Assembly (NCBI GenBank): GCA_001600815.1
Contig: BCKZ01000001.1
Location: 602,613 to 666,612 of the forward strand
Direction of reading: 5' to 3'
Source of the DNA: Alloascoidea hylecoeti
Taxonomy: Eukaryota
Length of the DNA stretch: 64,000 nt
In this document: positions 37,950 to 49,335 of the stretch, one piece after another
Numbering within the stretch: the stretch's first letter is position 1
How the letters are laid out: every line of letters begins with the position of its first letter
Notes under the pieces: generated by a model
Told to the model about the DNA's origin: nothing
Seen by the model: the letters and a program-made list of their open reading frames with translations, nothing else
Database searches by the model: none
Program-made: the position numbers and the translations under genes

Positions 37950-39509
37950 ATGATTTTATATCCTTCCCTTGGACATAAACTTCTGAGCAGGCCTATTGTG
38001 TTGAGTGCTGCAAATGCCGTCTTACAAAAGTCTTTTCCCTATAATAAGTCTCCCGGTCGAGGGAAAAAACAATATGGCTTTACAAGTTTTCACACATCCA
38101 ACGTCCCAAAACAACGAAGTTAGTACTTTTTTCCATAACATTGCCCAAAACCTAGAAACTAACGTTTTTTTCCCTTTCCCATAGCTCCTCTGCAAGAATA
38201 TGATTACCTAGTTTCAATAAACAGACTACGAAATGACGAATATCAACGCGAAATCATAAGCTCACTTGAATCATTATATGATAAAATTGCAAAATACAAA
38301 CCGCCCAGCACTCCAATACCGGATGTGAAAGATTTAAAACCTAAGAAAGGATTATCTGCCTTAATGTCCCGATTCACATCTAAAAAGAACAATAAATCTG
38401 AACTATCTGATGATCCAAACGCCCCTAATAATTCTACACCAATGGGTATTTATCTTTATGGAGATGTCGGGTGTGGAAAGACAATGCTAATGGATTTATT
38501 CTACAGTGTTATCCCAACCCATTTAACTAAGAAAAGAATCCACTTTCACCAATTTATGCAAAATATTCATAAAATGAATCATCAATATCATTTGAAATAT
38601 GGTGGAGATTTTGATGCTATCCCAATTATTTCAGCAGCCATTTCAAATGAATCAAATGTTTTATGTTTTGATGAATTTCAAGTAGTTGATGTTGCTGATG
38701 CAATGATATTAAAAAGAATAATTGATTATCTGTTATCACCTGCTTATGGAACCACAATATTTCTAACTTCAAATAGAGAACCCGATGCGTTATATGTTAA
38801 CGGTATTCAAAGAGAATCATTTATTCCATGCATTGAGCTACTAAAGAAACGAAATAAAGTCATATTTTTAGATTCTGGAACAGATTATCGAAAGGTTGAG
38901 AAACCAATTTCCCATGTCTATTTATCACCTCCCCCCGGAACCAATCTTGATGATCCTAATTTTCAACAGCTAGCTAAAAAGCATACCGAAGATTGGTTTG
39001 ATTATTTCCGTCAAAAACATACAGCAGAGTATAATATAGAGCTTACCGTTTGGGGTAGACCATTAATCGTTCCTAAAAGTGCTGGATGTATCGTTGCACA
39101 ATACACATTTCAAGAATTATGTGGACAGCCTTTAAGCCCAGGTGATTACCTAGAATTAACAAGGAATTTCACTTCCTTTATAGTTACAGATATTCCTTTT
39201 TTGACCATAAACCAACGTGATTTGATTCGTCGATTCATTAATTTCATTGATGCTGTCTATGATAGTCACGGTAAAATGATTGTTACATCAGCCGCACCTT
39301 TCAAAGATTTGTTTATAGAGGACAAATCTGGGGATCCTGATATTAGTTCTAAAGAGACAGAAGACTTGGTAAAGAAACATGGATTTGATGAGGATATGGC
39401 CAAGAAAGCCAAAATGTTTGCTGGAGACGAAGAAAAATTTGCATTTGCTAGAGCTTTGAGTAGACTTCATCAAATGTCTACTATAGACTGGATAGAATTT
39501 AAGCATTAA
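37950..39509 (+). CDS. AFG1: Mitochondrial AFG1/LACE1 ATPase; exons 37950-38118 and 38185-39509
   Basis: Intron 38119-38184 (GTTAGT...ACTAAC...TAG) restores TPLQEYD after a basic presequence. Also GIYLYGDVGCGKT, LCFDEFQV, TSNR, RRFINFIDAVYD, FAFARALSRL. Confidence 0.93.
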
Positions 39510-39710
39510 ACATTATATCCTTAGAGATATAAGTTACATGTAGCATGAATTAAAAACTTAAAAGTACTGATGATGAGATTTACAAATACGGAACATTAAG
39601 ATTATTATTTATATATAAAATTTTAAATTTTGTATTTTTATTAAATTTCATAACAATTGTATTTTACAGCATAAAACTTTTCTTTTAAGATTTGATATTA
39701 ATATCAAGAT

Positions 39711-42173
39711 TTAAAGATCAATGTCAATATCTATTGCGTCTGGATTGCTGGGACCATCCATTTCCTCATCTTGTATCGGTTGAATATCCGAAGTTTTTGT
39801 AGTCGGAGCTGAAGATGATACAAACCCAGGCAGAACTTCTACTGATTTTTGGTGTGACTGTTCTTCATCCATATCCTCATCTATTTCATCATCATTGCCA
39901 TCGCCATTTGATGTTTTACCTCTGGCTACTGCCTGAGCAGCAATAAAATTAACATCAGTATTAAACTTAGCTAAAACCGATCGTTTGATTCGTAACATTT
40001 CTTTATATGTATCCTCATTTCCATGCTGTAATTCGAATTTATTCCATTTCTCCCAATATCCAGCATCAACTCTGGGATCTACAAATTGACTTCCATGCCC
40101 AAATATGAATCTAGCACGATCAATTTCACCAAGTTGTATTTCTAAATCTGCAAATTGACCACAGACTTCTTTTGCATATTTGTCAGGAAGAACCTCAATT
40201 GCTTTTTCGAACACAGGCCTTGTTGAGGGAAGACCGAAATTATCGGCTACTTTACCAATATAATATTTAAACATCTCATATCGATCAGAACTGTTATCAA
40301 CTAAGACTTCGGTAGCTTTTTGATATATATTCATAGCATTTTCAATCAACCCACGATCTTCTTCGAGTTGGCCGTACATTAAGTAGATTGATTTTGCGTA
40401 TTTATTAGGACAACCTTCTAAAGCTTGTTCAAATAAATCACGTAACCTTTCAAGACTTTTAATCCGTTTCACTGCTTTTGTAAGATAAATATTCCATATT
40501 TCAAATGCAACTGGATATGAAAATAAACTGATACCTCTTTCATACACTTTAAATGAATCTTCGAAATAGTTGTTTTCTTCCAAAAAATTAGCATAATTGA
40601 CAACAGTAAGAGCAGTAGCTATTTTCAATTCAAACACTCTATCATAAACTGCTTTTGTTTCTTCTATTGTGCCAACACTTTCTACCAGGTCAATATAAAA
40701 GGACCATAGTTTCATATTTTTGTGCAAACGCGCTTGAGCTGGGAGAGAATCGTCAAAATAGTCAATATGCGATTTCTTAGGTCCATTTGTTGCCTGTTCC
40801 ATCACATTTGTAGCTGTATCGATATCATCGTGCCTTAATTCCATTTCCGCCCAAGCAATATACAACTCTGTTAGGTCTGAGGGAGAAGTAAAAGGGACTT
40901 TGGTAGCTTTATCAAATATGATTCTTGCGTTTGATAAGTCGTCATGTTTTTCATAAAATTTGGCATAGTTTATCCAAAGCTCAAAAAGTTTTCCATTAGC
41001 TTTTCTTGGATTAATCGTTGTTACTGCATCAGAATATGTCTTGACAACCTTCTCATAATTATCACCCCATAGACCTGCTCTTTTCTCCCATTGAACAACA
41101 TTGTTAGGATCCTGTCTTAACATTACATTATTTAATAAAAACAGTCGCCTATCCATCAGCTGTTCAAACCTTGATAATCTGATATCCAAGTCGAGATTCA
41201 TATCTGTTGAGACATCTTTTGGATCCTTCGATTGTATTTCCTCCATTTTATTTGATATTACTGATTCTTCAAATTCAGCATAAGTATCAAAAATCTGAGT
41301 AAAATCACGAACAGTTAAAACAGTTTGTAATCCTTCTTCAAATATATCCCTTGATTTTTCAAAATCATTTTTATTAATATAGTAGGTTGCTAATCTCGTG
41401 AATAATCTTCCCTTTTGGTCAGGATATTTCTCAATGCCACTTCTGATTATCTTCTCAACTGGTATATTTTTAATCTTTTTGGCATTTCGTACTAATAAAT
41501 CAGAAAATTCAATCCATAAATCAAAATGGGATCGTCCTTCTTTTGAAACAAAATCTGGGTTATTTAATATATCAAGATATACTTGAGCAGCAACATCATC
41601 GAATTTCATTTTAATTAATTGATGAAGATATTTTTCAGATTCTTCTGGTGTAATTTTAACATATCTTTTCCATATTAAAGCTGCTGTTAATCCACCAACT
41701 GAGTCTGCAAAATCTAAAAATAAAGGCCAAATTCTATCATGTTGAGTCAAAGGCAGGGCACGTAAAGCCTCATTGAACGTCCTTCGCGTTTTTGTAATAT
41801 CAGGCTGTAGCATTAGGAATTTGAGATACTGAATCCATATAATAGGCATCTTGTTTAACAGAATTAAAGCATTATCAAAACAAGTGTTGACTTTTTGAAA
41901 CTCCTTTAAATGATATGCAGGATTTATTCCATTTAGATGATCCATTCTTAGTTTCAGATACATCATCCATAGTTTATAAGAACGTCCTAATTGAGCACAA
42001 GCTCTTTCATAGACAAATACTTGTTCAGTGATGGGCTTATTCTGTTTATGGCGTATATATCGTAGCCAGCTATTCAGAGAGTGTGGGTCTCGAAGTATCT
42101 GCTGCTCATAAGGAAGATCTGAGTCTGATATCAGACTCAACTCGCTGCCCTTTGGTGGTTGGGCCATGATCAT
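39711..42173 (-). CDS. SYF1: NTC/Prp19-complex HAT-repeat splicing factor Syf1 (XAB2)
   Basis: YERAC...SYKLW, RALPLTQHDRIW, LRQDPNNV, LWSFYIDLVES, FELQHGNEDTYKEMLRIKRSV, NPDAIDID. Confidence 0.95.
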   Translation of the reverse strand: MIMAQPPKGSELSLISDSDLPYEQQILRDPHSLNSWLRYIRHKQNKPITEQVFVYERACAQLGRSYKLWMMYLKLRMDHLNGINPAYHLKEFQKVNTCFDNALILLNKMPIIWIQYLKFLMLQPDITKTRRTFNEALRALPLTQHDRIWPLFLDFADSVGGLTAALIWKRYVKITPEESEKYLHQLIKMKFDDVAAQVYLDILNNPDFVSKEGRSHFDLWIEFSDLLVRNAKKIKNIPVEKIIRSGIEKYPDQKGRLFTRLATYYINKNDFEKSRDIFEEGLQTVLTVRDFTQIFDTYAEFEESVISNKMEEIQSKDPKDVSTDMNLDLDIRLSRFEQLMDRRLFLLNNVMLRQDPNNVVQWEKRAGLWGDNYEKVVKTYSDAVTTINPRKANGKLFELWINYAKFYEKHDDLSNARIIFDKATKVPFTSPSDLTELYIAWAEMELRHDDIDTATNVMEQATNGPKKSHIDYFDDSLPAQARLHKNMKLWSFYIDLVESVGTIEETKAVYDRVFELKIATALTVVNYANFLEENNYFEDSFKVYERGISLFSYPVAFEIWNIYLTKAVKRIKSLERLRDLFEQALEGCPNKYAKSIYLMYGQLEEDRGLIENAMNIYQKATEVLVDNSSDRYEMFKYYIGKVADNFGLPSTRPVFEKAIEVLPDKYAKEVCGQFADLEIQLGEIDRARFIFGHGSQFVDPRVDAGYWEKWNKFELQHGNEDTYKEMLRIKRSVLAKFNTDVNFIAAQAVARGKTSNGDGNDDEIDEDMDEEQSHQKSVEVLPGFVSSSAPTTKTSDIQPIQDEEMDGPSNPDAIDIDIDL

Positions 42174-42238
42174 CGTTATATTCTATATCCGATGGGAAAT
42201 ATCCACATTACCATAGTAGAAAAGTTCATATCTGTAAG

Positions 42239-42246
42239 TTACCCGG
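42239..42246 (+). promoter_or_regulatory. Reb1-type site in the SYF1 / VMA8 bidirectional promoter
   Basis: TTACCCGG in the middle of a 133-bp head-to-head gap. Confidence 0.65.
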
Positions 42247-42306
42247 CTATACAATAGGAGGTTTGGAGACCCAAAATTCATTCTTTATCTTTACCTTTGT
42301 TTAACA

Positions 42307-43391
42307 ATGTCTGGACAAGGAAATAGGTAATTATTTGATATGTTCACGCTATATGTATTTCTTTTCGGTATTAACAGCTTAAAATATCCAGAGAGTCGGT
42401 TTTTGCAACCCGAATGACCCTGGCCGTCATGAAGGGAAAACTTAAAGGAGCAAATCAAGGTTATACATTGTTAAAACGTAAATCTGAAGCTTTAACAAAA
42501 CGTTTTAGAGAAATCACTAGAAGAATTGATGATGTGAGTAGTTTATGGATATAGACTCAATTGTGTTGGTTATTTTTACTGACACTTTGCTTTGTTCTTA
42601 AAATAGGCTAAAAGAAAGATGGGTAAAGTAATGCAAGTAGCTGCTTTTTCTTTGGCGGAGGTCTCTTATGCAACTGGAGAAAATATTGGTTATCAAGTGC
42701 AAGAATCAGTGAACACAGCTAGATTCAAGGTTAGGGCAATTCAAGAAAATGTTTCAGGTGTCCGTCTCCCCCAATTTGAAGCTTACTTTGACCAGGAGAG
42801 TAATGATTTTCAAATGACTGGTTTGGGTCGAGGAGGTCAACAGGTTCAAAAGGCCAAACAAATTTACTCCAGGGCTGTTGAAACATTGGTTGAGCTGGCA
42901 TCACTACAGGTAAGATTCAGATAAATGGGTCCATTTTTGAAGTTGATCTAACTTAAATATGTTTCATTAGACTGCATTTGTTATTCTTGACGAGGTCATC
43001 AAAGTAACCAATCGTCGTGTGAATGCCATTGAGCATGTTATCATTCCAAGAACAGAAAATACCATTGCTTGTAAGTACACCTTTTATATCCTTATAATGC
43101 TTTCTTGAGTATATTCATATTCTAACATTTATGCAATCGTTTCAAAACACAGACATCAATAGTGAACTAGATGAACTCGATAGAGAAGAATTTTATCGAT
43201 TAAAGAAAGTGCAAGATAAGAAACAGAAAGAAACAGCGAGAACTGATGCCGAAGCAAAAGCAAGACGTATCGCAGAAGCAGAAGCTTTGGCCAATCCTTC
43301 GGAAGAGATTAAGGAGGTTTCAGCACTGGCAAGTGGAAACGAAGAACCAGCAGATATAATAGCACAGAATGAAGATGATATCATTTTTTAA
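42307..43391 (+). CDS. VMA8: V-ATPase V1 subunit D; exons 42307-42326, 42392-42533, 42607-42909, 42971-43070, 43153-43391
   Basis: Four GT-AG introns yield the continuous MSGQGNRESVFATRMTL...LLKRKSEALTKRFR...[58 protein letters not shown]. Confidence 0.95.
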
Positions 43392-43705
43392 TAATTGAAT
43401 ATACATCTATATACATGTTCCAACCTTTATCGTTGATCTACTGTTACATGTTTAACATACCTTTTCAACTGGGGGTTAACACTTGTCTGTTATCTGTAGA
43501 AATCTGAAATTCACCATACGTATTGCTTTAAATAACTTTTACATGAACCATATATATTATAGCTATTTCTTATATATGTTTATGAGTCTCTTTAGCTTCT
43601 GAAAAAATCCGATAAAACGTGTAGTATTCCAAAAAATATGCAATTATACAAACCTCCGTTCATATTAAAATTGTTCTACCACATCGATAATATTTCGTTT
43701 CAAAA

Positions 43706-45322
43706 ATGGACCTTCCAGCTTCCTTTGGCAGGCAAGAAATAGGAGAAGATATATCTAAGAAGTATGAATCTCTTAGAACAAGGGAATACATAAATTATCT
43801 TCAAAATCATAATTCAGAAAATGAAGAAAATGAAGAAAATTCAGACTCCGATTTTAATGATGAGGATGAAAATGAATTCATACAATTTCCAATAACTCAT
43901 TCGGTAACAATAAAACCTCACTCGAAAATGATCACATCAATTTCATTAGATAAATCGTCATCTCGTTTTATAACATCATCTCATGATACAAATATAAAAT
44001 TATTTGATTTTAATGGAATGACATTGGGTTACACTTCAGCTTTTAAATCGTTAATACCAATGGATTCACATCAAATTTTAGCATCAATTTTTAATCCATT
44101 AAATTCTTCATTGTTTTTAACCCTACCAAATGCTTCATCATTTTATTTGTATAATAGAGATGGTGGGTTAATACATGAATTTAAAAAAGGTGATATGTAT
44201 TTGACAGACATGAGAAATACAAAAGGTCATGTTGATATAGTTTCAAGTTGTTCATGGAATCCTATATCACAATCACATTTTATTACAAGCTCTTTAGATT
44301 CTACAGTGCGATTATGGGATGTCAATAAACCGGCAAAACAAATTTCGTTGGTTACTATCAAGAGTGAAAAGGGAATTAAAGTAAAAGTTAATAATGTCAT
44401 ATATTCTAACGATGGGAAGCAAATTCTTCTTACAGACTATTCGGGACGAATTATAGTGTATGACTTAAATTCACATGGGAAAGAAATTGGTAGGAAACCA
44501 AGTCATATCATTAAGGATGCGCATTTATCAGGATCTTATACATCTCTGGCTCGATCACCACATGATTCAAATATCATATTATCACGATCAACAGACGAAA
44601 CCATTAACTTGTGGGATGTAAGAAGTTTTAACAAGCCCATTTTAACAAGACGAGGGTTTAAAACAAATCAGAATTTATCGTGCCCACCAATACAATTTTC
44701 TCCTACTAACCGAGACTATATCATAACAGGGACATCGTCACCAAATGATGAAGGAAATTCTCTACATATTCTTGATAAATCAGATCTCACTACTACTTAT
44801 TCTCTTGATACACCTTCTTCTATTACTGCAATAACATGGGATGAACCAACAAATCAAATTTATGCCGGTCAATCTGATGGCTCAATTACAACCTTCCTAA
44901 ATCCATTTGAAGGGATATCCTCCCGGGGTTTTAAAGTTGTAGTTGAAAAGGAAGGTAGAAAGAGGCATATTGACGATGGAATGCAAGGTGCTGATATCAA
45001 TGTTCAAAATACAATTATGGAATTTGGAGGAAATAGAAATAAAGGAAAAAAGAATGGTCAAATGGGGAAAAATACGAATATTAAACCGGAAGCTGGTCAC
45101 TCTTCTGCCCAGAATTCATCAAATGATGGAAATGGCCGTAATAACAATAATGGAGTAAGAGAAGATCCGCGTGAAGCTTTGTTAAAATATGCCAAACAAG
45201 CAGAAGAGCATCCTATATTTATAAAAGGGTATGAAAAGAATCAACCACGTTTCAAACCTGAAATAAATGAAACCAGTGATGAAAAAGTAAACAATGAAAA
45301 TTTTAAAAGACAGAAATTGTGA
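43706..45322 (+). CDS. WD40 protein, WDR70/Gad-1-like
   Basis: MDLPASFG start, LFDFNGM, FKKGDMYLTDMRNTKGH, VRLWD, LSRSTDETINLWDVR, EDPREALLKYA; these match WDR70-family signatures. Confidence 0.82.
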   Translation: MDLPASFGRQEIGEDISKKYESLRTREYINYLQNHNSENEENEENSDSDFNDEDENEFIQFPITHSVTIKPHSKMITSISLDKSSSRFITSSHDTNIKLFDFNGMTLGYTSAFKSLIPMDSHQILASIFNPLNSSLFLTLPNASSFYLYNRDGGLIHEFKKGDMYLTDMRNTKGHVDIVSSCSWNPISQSHFITSSLDSTVRLWDVNKPAKQISLVTIKSEKGIKVKVNNVIYSNDGKQILLTDYSGRIIVYDLNSHGKEIGRKPSHIIKDAHLSGSYTSLARSPHDSNIILSRSTDETINLWDVRSFNKPILTRRGFKTNQNLSCPPIQFSPTNRDYIITGTSSPNDEGNSLHILDKSDLTTTYSLDTPSSITAITWDEPTNQIYAGQSDGSITTFLNPFEGISSRGFKVVVEKEGRKRHIDDGMQGADINVQNTIMEFGGNRNKGKKNGQMGKNTNIKPEAGHSSAQNSSNDGNGRNNNNGVREDPREALLKYAKQAEEHPIFIKGYEKNQPRFKPEINETSDEKVNNENFKRQKL

Positions 45323-45526
45323 CTATAACTTATAGGTAAACCTGAAGGTTTTACTAAATAGTAAATACCATGTTTATAATGACCAGTATAGGATTAATAT
45401 AGCTGAAGAATTGTATGATATAGTATTGCATCATGTAATGTGACATTGTGACATCGCAGATTTCAATTCCTTATAACATCGCCATGCCTTATCAAACAAT
45501 GCAGAATAGATTTCGATATTAAAGTA

Positions 45527-46843
45527 ATGGTGATGATACAGGACGAGCCTGTGGCCACTTCTTTCATAATGGTGAGCATTTTAACGGTGCAAGCAGTTGG
45601 ACGTGTTGTTTCAATAAGCTTTGTAGGTTACTTAGCATCAAGGTTGGGCATACTAAGTGGCGAAAAACATATATCAAAGTTAAATGTTACCATTTTCACA
45701 CCATGTTTGATCTTCTCACAGTTAGCAAAGGATTTATCATTATCTAGAATACTGGAATTTTCAGTTATTCCAATTTTTTATGTGGTTTCTATCTTAATGG
45801 CTTATGTTTTCGCCCAAATAACAAGCAAATGTTTTCATTTAAATAAAAAACAAGGGAACTTTGTTACTGCCATGAGTGTTTTTGGAAGTAATTCATTACC
45901 AATATCTTTAAGTATGGTACTTGCAACTACTCTTCCGAATTTATTATGGGATCATATTGAGGATGATAACAGTACAAAAGTTGCATCCAGAGGAATTATG
46001 TATTTAATGGTTTATCAGCAATTAGATCTTATTTTAAGATGGTCTTGGGGTTACAACTCACTTCTAGCAAAATCAGACTTTCACGATAGTACTACTGATA
46101 GTAATGAAAATGTTGAATACCAAATCATTAGTGATGAAGAGACTCCGATACTGATGCCCATTGGTGCTAGTACTAAAAGCGTGGACTTACAAACAACCCT
46201 AGGTGGCGTCCAAGAAGAAGGAAAATTAAAAGGATATGGTGCTATATCAGATAAAACATCTAAAGAAATTACATATGAACAATCACCACTGCTGCGGCTG
46301 TTGCGATATATTCCATCATTTATGAACGCTCCTTTATGGTCAATGTTAGTCTCCTTAATAGTTGTAGTAATTAAACCGTTACATTATCAACTTTTTGAAA
46401 ATGATGGATTTATCAAAAACACAATAACGTCCTCAATAGATGATTTAGGCAAACTTTCGATTCCATTGATTTTATTAGTCCTTGGAAGCAATTTGGCATC
46501 ACAAAATGAACGAGAACATGAGCATATCCAATCACAGAAATATAATCATATAGTAATTGCATCGATATTATCAAGAATGATATTACCATTTTTGTTTCTT
46601 TTACCTTTGTTTGTCTATTTAACTATGGCAGGACATGGAGTATCAAGGGATCCTATATTTTTAGTGATTACATTTATAATTGCTGTTTCCCCTCCAGCAA
46701 TGCAATTATCTCAAATATGCCAATTAAATGGTGTTTTTGAAAAGGAAATGGCAGGTGTTTTATTTTGGGGATATGTTGTGTTAATGTTGCCAACAACCAT
46801 TATTGTTGTTATTGCAGGTTTGAATGTTTTGTCTTGGATTTGA
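45527..46843 (+). CDS. Auxin efflux carrier (Mem_trans / PILS-like) membrane transporter
   Basis: ISKLNVTIFTPCLIFS, NSLPISL, LRWSWGYN, MNAPLW, SIPLILLVLGSNL, SPPAMQLSQICQLN; two hydrophobic halves around a hydrophilic loop. Confidence 0.88.
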   Translation: MVMIQDEPVATSFIMVSILTVQAVGRVVSISFVGYLASRLGILSGEKHISKLNVTIFTPCLIFSQLAKDLSLSRILEFSVIPIFYVVSILMAYVFAQITSKCFHLNKKQGNFVTAMSVFGSNSLPISLSMVLATTLPNLLWDHIEDDNSTKVASRGIMYLMVYQQLDLILRWSWGYNSLLAKSDFHDSTTDSNENVEYQIISDEETPILMPIGASTKSVDLQTTLGGVQEEGKLKGYGAISDKTSKEITYEQSPLLRLLRYIPSFMNAPLWSMLVSLIVVVIKPLHYQLFENDGFIKNTITSSIDDLGKLSIPLILLVLGSNLASQNEREHEHIQSQKYNHIVIASILSRMILPFLFLLPLFVYLTMAGHGVSRDPIFLVITFIIAVSPPAMQLSQICQLNGVFEKEMAGVLFWGYVVLMLPTTIIVVIAGLNVLSWI

Positions 46844-47058
46844 TGTTTTTATGTCGGTATTTATATAGATTTATTTATTTTTTGGTTTTTTTTCCTTTTT
46901 TATACTATTAATCAATAGAAAACCAAAAATATTCCAATTTTATCGGTGTTCTACACAGTCCATTTATTGTAATTATATCTTGCACCCATGCACCCTCCCC
47001 TTTCTCATTTAAACCTTCAGCAGTTTTCTTTGTCATTGTTATTGTTAACTCTCAAAAA

Positions 47059-48714
47059 ATGGTTTTTGATAAGGTATATTGGCACTCTCATTACTTATCT
47101 AAATCTCCAGTTTTTGTGGGCTGGAGATCTATGACGAATCATTGGGCAGTTTCATTCATATGCTAACAAGTATCTGTGGATTTTCATCGATAATAGTCCA
47201 AGATTGATACAGTTAATAGTGAATACTTGAGGGAAATCCAGGCAACGATTTATGCTAAGCCAATCCCTTGGGGAGGTTACCTACGTGCCCACTTGTTGTC
47301 GGAGGATGAAGCAACTCGATTGAAGGCTGTCGAGAAACAAAATCGGGAAAATCGAGTTCAAATGGTTAAGAAAGTATGTTCTCGTCTTCAATCTTCTCTA
47401 TTGTCAAGGAATGATATCTAATAATATTACAATAGGAACTTGATTTATATGCCACTACTACTCTTTCATTGGTTAATAAGAATATTAGAGAGGATGTTAC
47501 TCGATTTATCTTATCTTTGGTTTTAGATCTTTCTGAAGGTATAAAAGAATTAACTATCTTGAATAACATGCATATGATTTTTAACAATTACAACTAATAG
47601 ATATACCCGAATTTGTGGACTCGTTATTATCATTGTCTTCTGTTGATGATAACCTTCCTTATGCACCATTTTTATCCCTTTTAAGTAATCCTGATGAAGC
47701 GATTTTTATTCTCAGTTCTCAGATCCTTACTATTCTATTGGTGTAAGTATTGAACAGGGAAATCATTTTATCTTCTTTATTTTAACCAATATTTTCAATA
47801 GTCATAAACCAATTGCCGGAATACAAGTTGAAACATTGATGACTACATTATCGGAAAAACTTGTAGGAACAACAAATGTCGATTTACAAGAAATTGGTAT
47901 TCAATCCTTAAGAACAATTCTTTCTGTTAAATCCTATCGAAGTTCATTTTGGTCGAAAAACGATGTACTATTACCTCCAGTTATTTCAATTTTAAAAAAT
48001 CATAAAGGTGGATTACAATTACAATACCATACATTATTGGTCATTTGGGTTGAAACATTTGAATCATTACCAGCTTCTGAATTATTTAAAAAGTATGATT
48101 TATCACAATTATATCTTCAAATTATTAAAAATTCTGTAAAAGAAAAGATTATAAGAGTTGCAATTGCTACATTGGTTAATATTACTTCAATTACTGATCC
48201 AAAATTTAAAAGAAGTAAAAAATTTAATATTAATTCATTATTGGTTTCATCTGCTTTACCATTAATAAATTTCTTATTAGAAAGAAAATGGTCAGATGAT
48301 GAATTAATTGAAGATTTACAAACATTAAGTGAAACTTTACAAAATGCTTCTGATTCAATGACTACATTTGATCAATATTTAAGTGAATTAGAAACAGGTA
48401 AATTAAGATCATCACCACCTCATTCATCTGAACAATTTTGGAAGTTAAATATTTCAAAATTTAAAGAAGGTGATTGGAAATATTTAAAAGAACTTGGTTC
48501 ATTAATATCATCAAAAGATTCTGATAAAACTACTTTATCAATTGGTTGTAGTGATATAGCAAAAATAATTGATGAATTACCTGAATCTGTTGTTATTTTA
48601 CAAAAAATTGGTGTGAAGACAAAAATTATGGAATTGATGCATCATGGTGATTCCGAAGTTCGTTATGAAGCATTAAAGTCAACACAGACTTTTATTTCTC
48701 ATGCTTTTAAATAG
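47059..48714 (+). CDS. VMA13: V-ATPase V1 subunit H; exons 47059-47073, 47197-47373, 47436-47538, 47601-47742, 47802-48714
   Basis: Four GT-AG introns join in frame. Motifs: KPIPWGGY, LQLQYHTLLVIW, KEKIIRV, RKWSDDEL, SPPHSSEQFW, VRYEALK. Exon 1 is the least certain. Confidence 0.9.
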
Positions 48715-49335
48715 ATAATTCCATATATACGTTTATATATAATACCAAACTCTCAACTAAGTTATATTGAAATTGTGTGTTGAAGAGACCTTTTATAATT
48801 TCTTTTTTCCATCTCTATTATATTCCTGCAAAGCTTATACGTATTATGATTATGAAAGCCAAAACTATGAAAAAGAATATCGAACAAATATTGTTGCTTT
48901 TCGCAATTCATGATTAATATTAACGTTTAGAATATATAAATTAAAGCTGTAATGTAAGCTTATAAGTTACAATTTACTAACTATAACTATCTGTGTAGGC
49001 CAGTTTATAATTTATAATCATATTATATGTTTAATAAATGTTAATAATATCAGATCTACACCTGATACATCTATAAGTTATAGTTTGTTATATTACAGGG
49101 TATAATATATACTGGACTCAATCCATAAAAAACCTCACTCAAATACTCAAACCCTTAAAAAAAACAATATTTGTCTAGCTATAATAATCATCATCTCATC
49201 GTGTTACTGTTCTGCCCTCCTTTAATATTAATAAACAGTTTAATATTGCTACCATCATCACCAGCTTGTAGTTGATAATTGAAAATTATCCTACAGTTCA
49301 TCTTTCTTTTTGTACATTTATGAAATTGTTCAAGG

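Noticed and set aside
42619..43391. VMA8 (and likewise VMA13, CSN12, AFG1, FPY1-like) appearing as fragmented ORFs, suggesting pseudogenes or programmed frameshifts
   Set aside because: Every break is explained by a canonical GT-AG intron with a plausible branch point that restores the conserved protein sequence.
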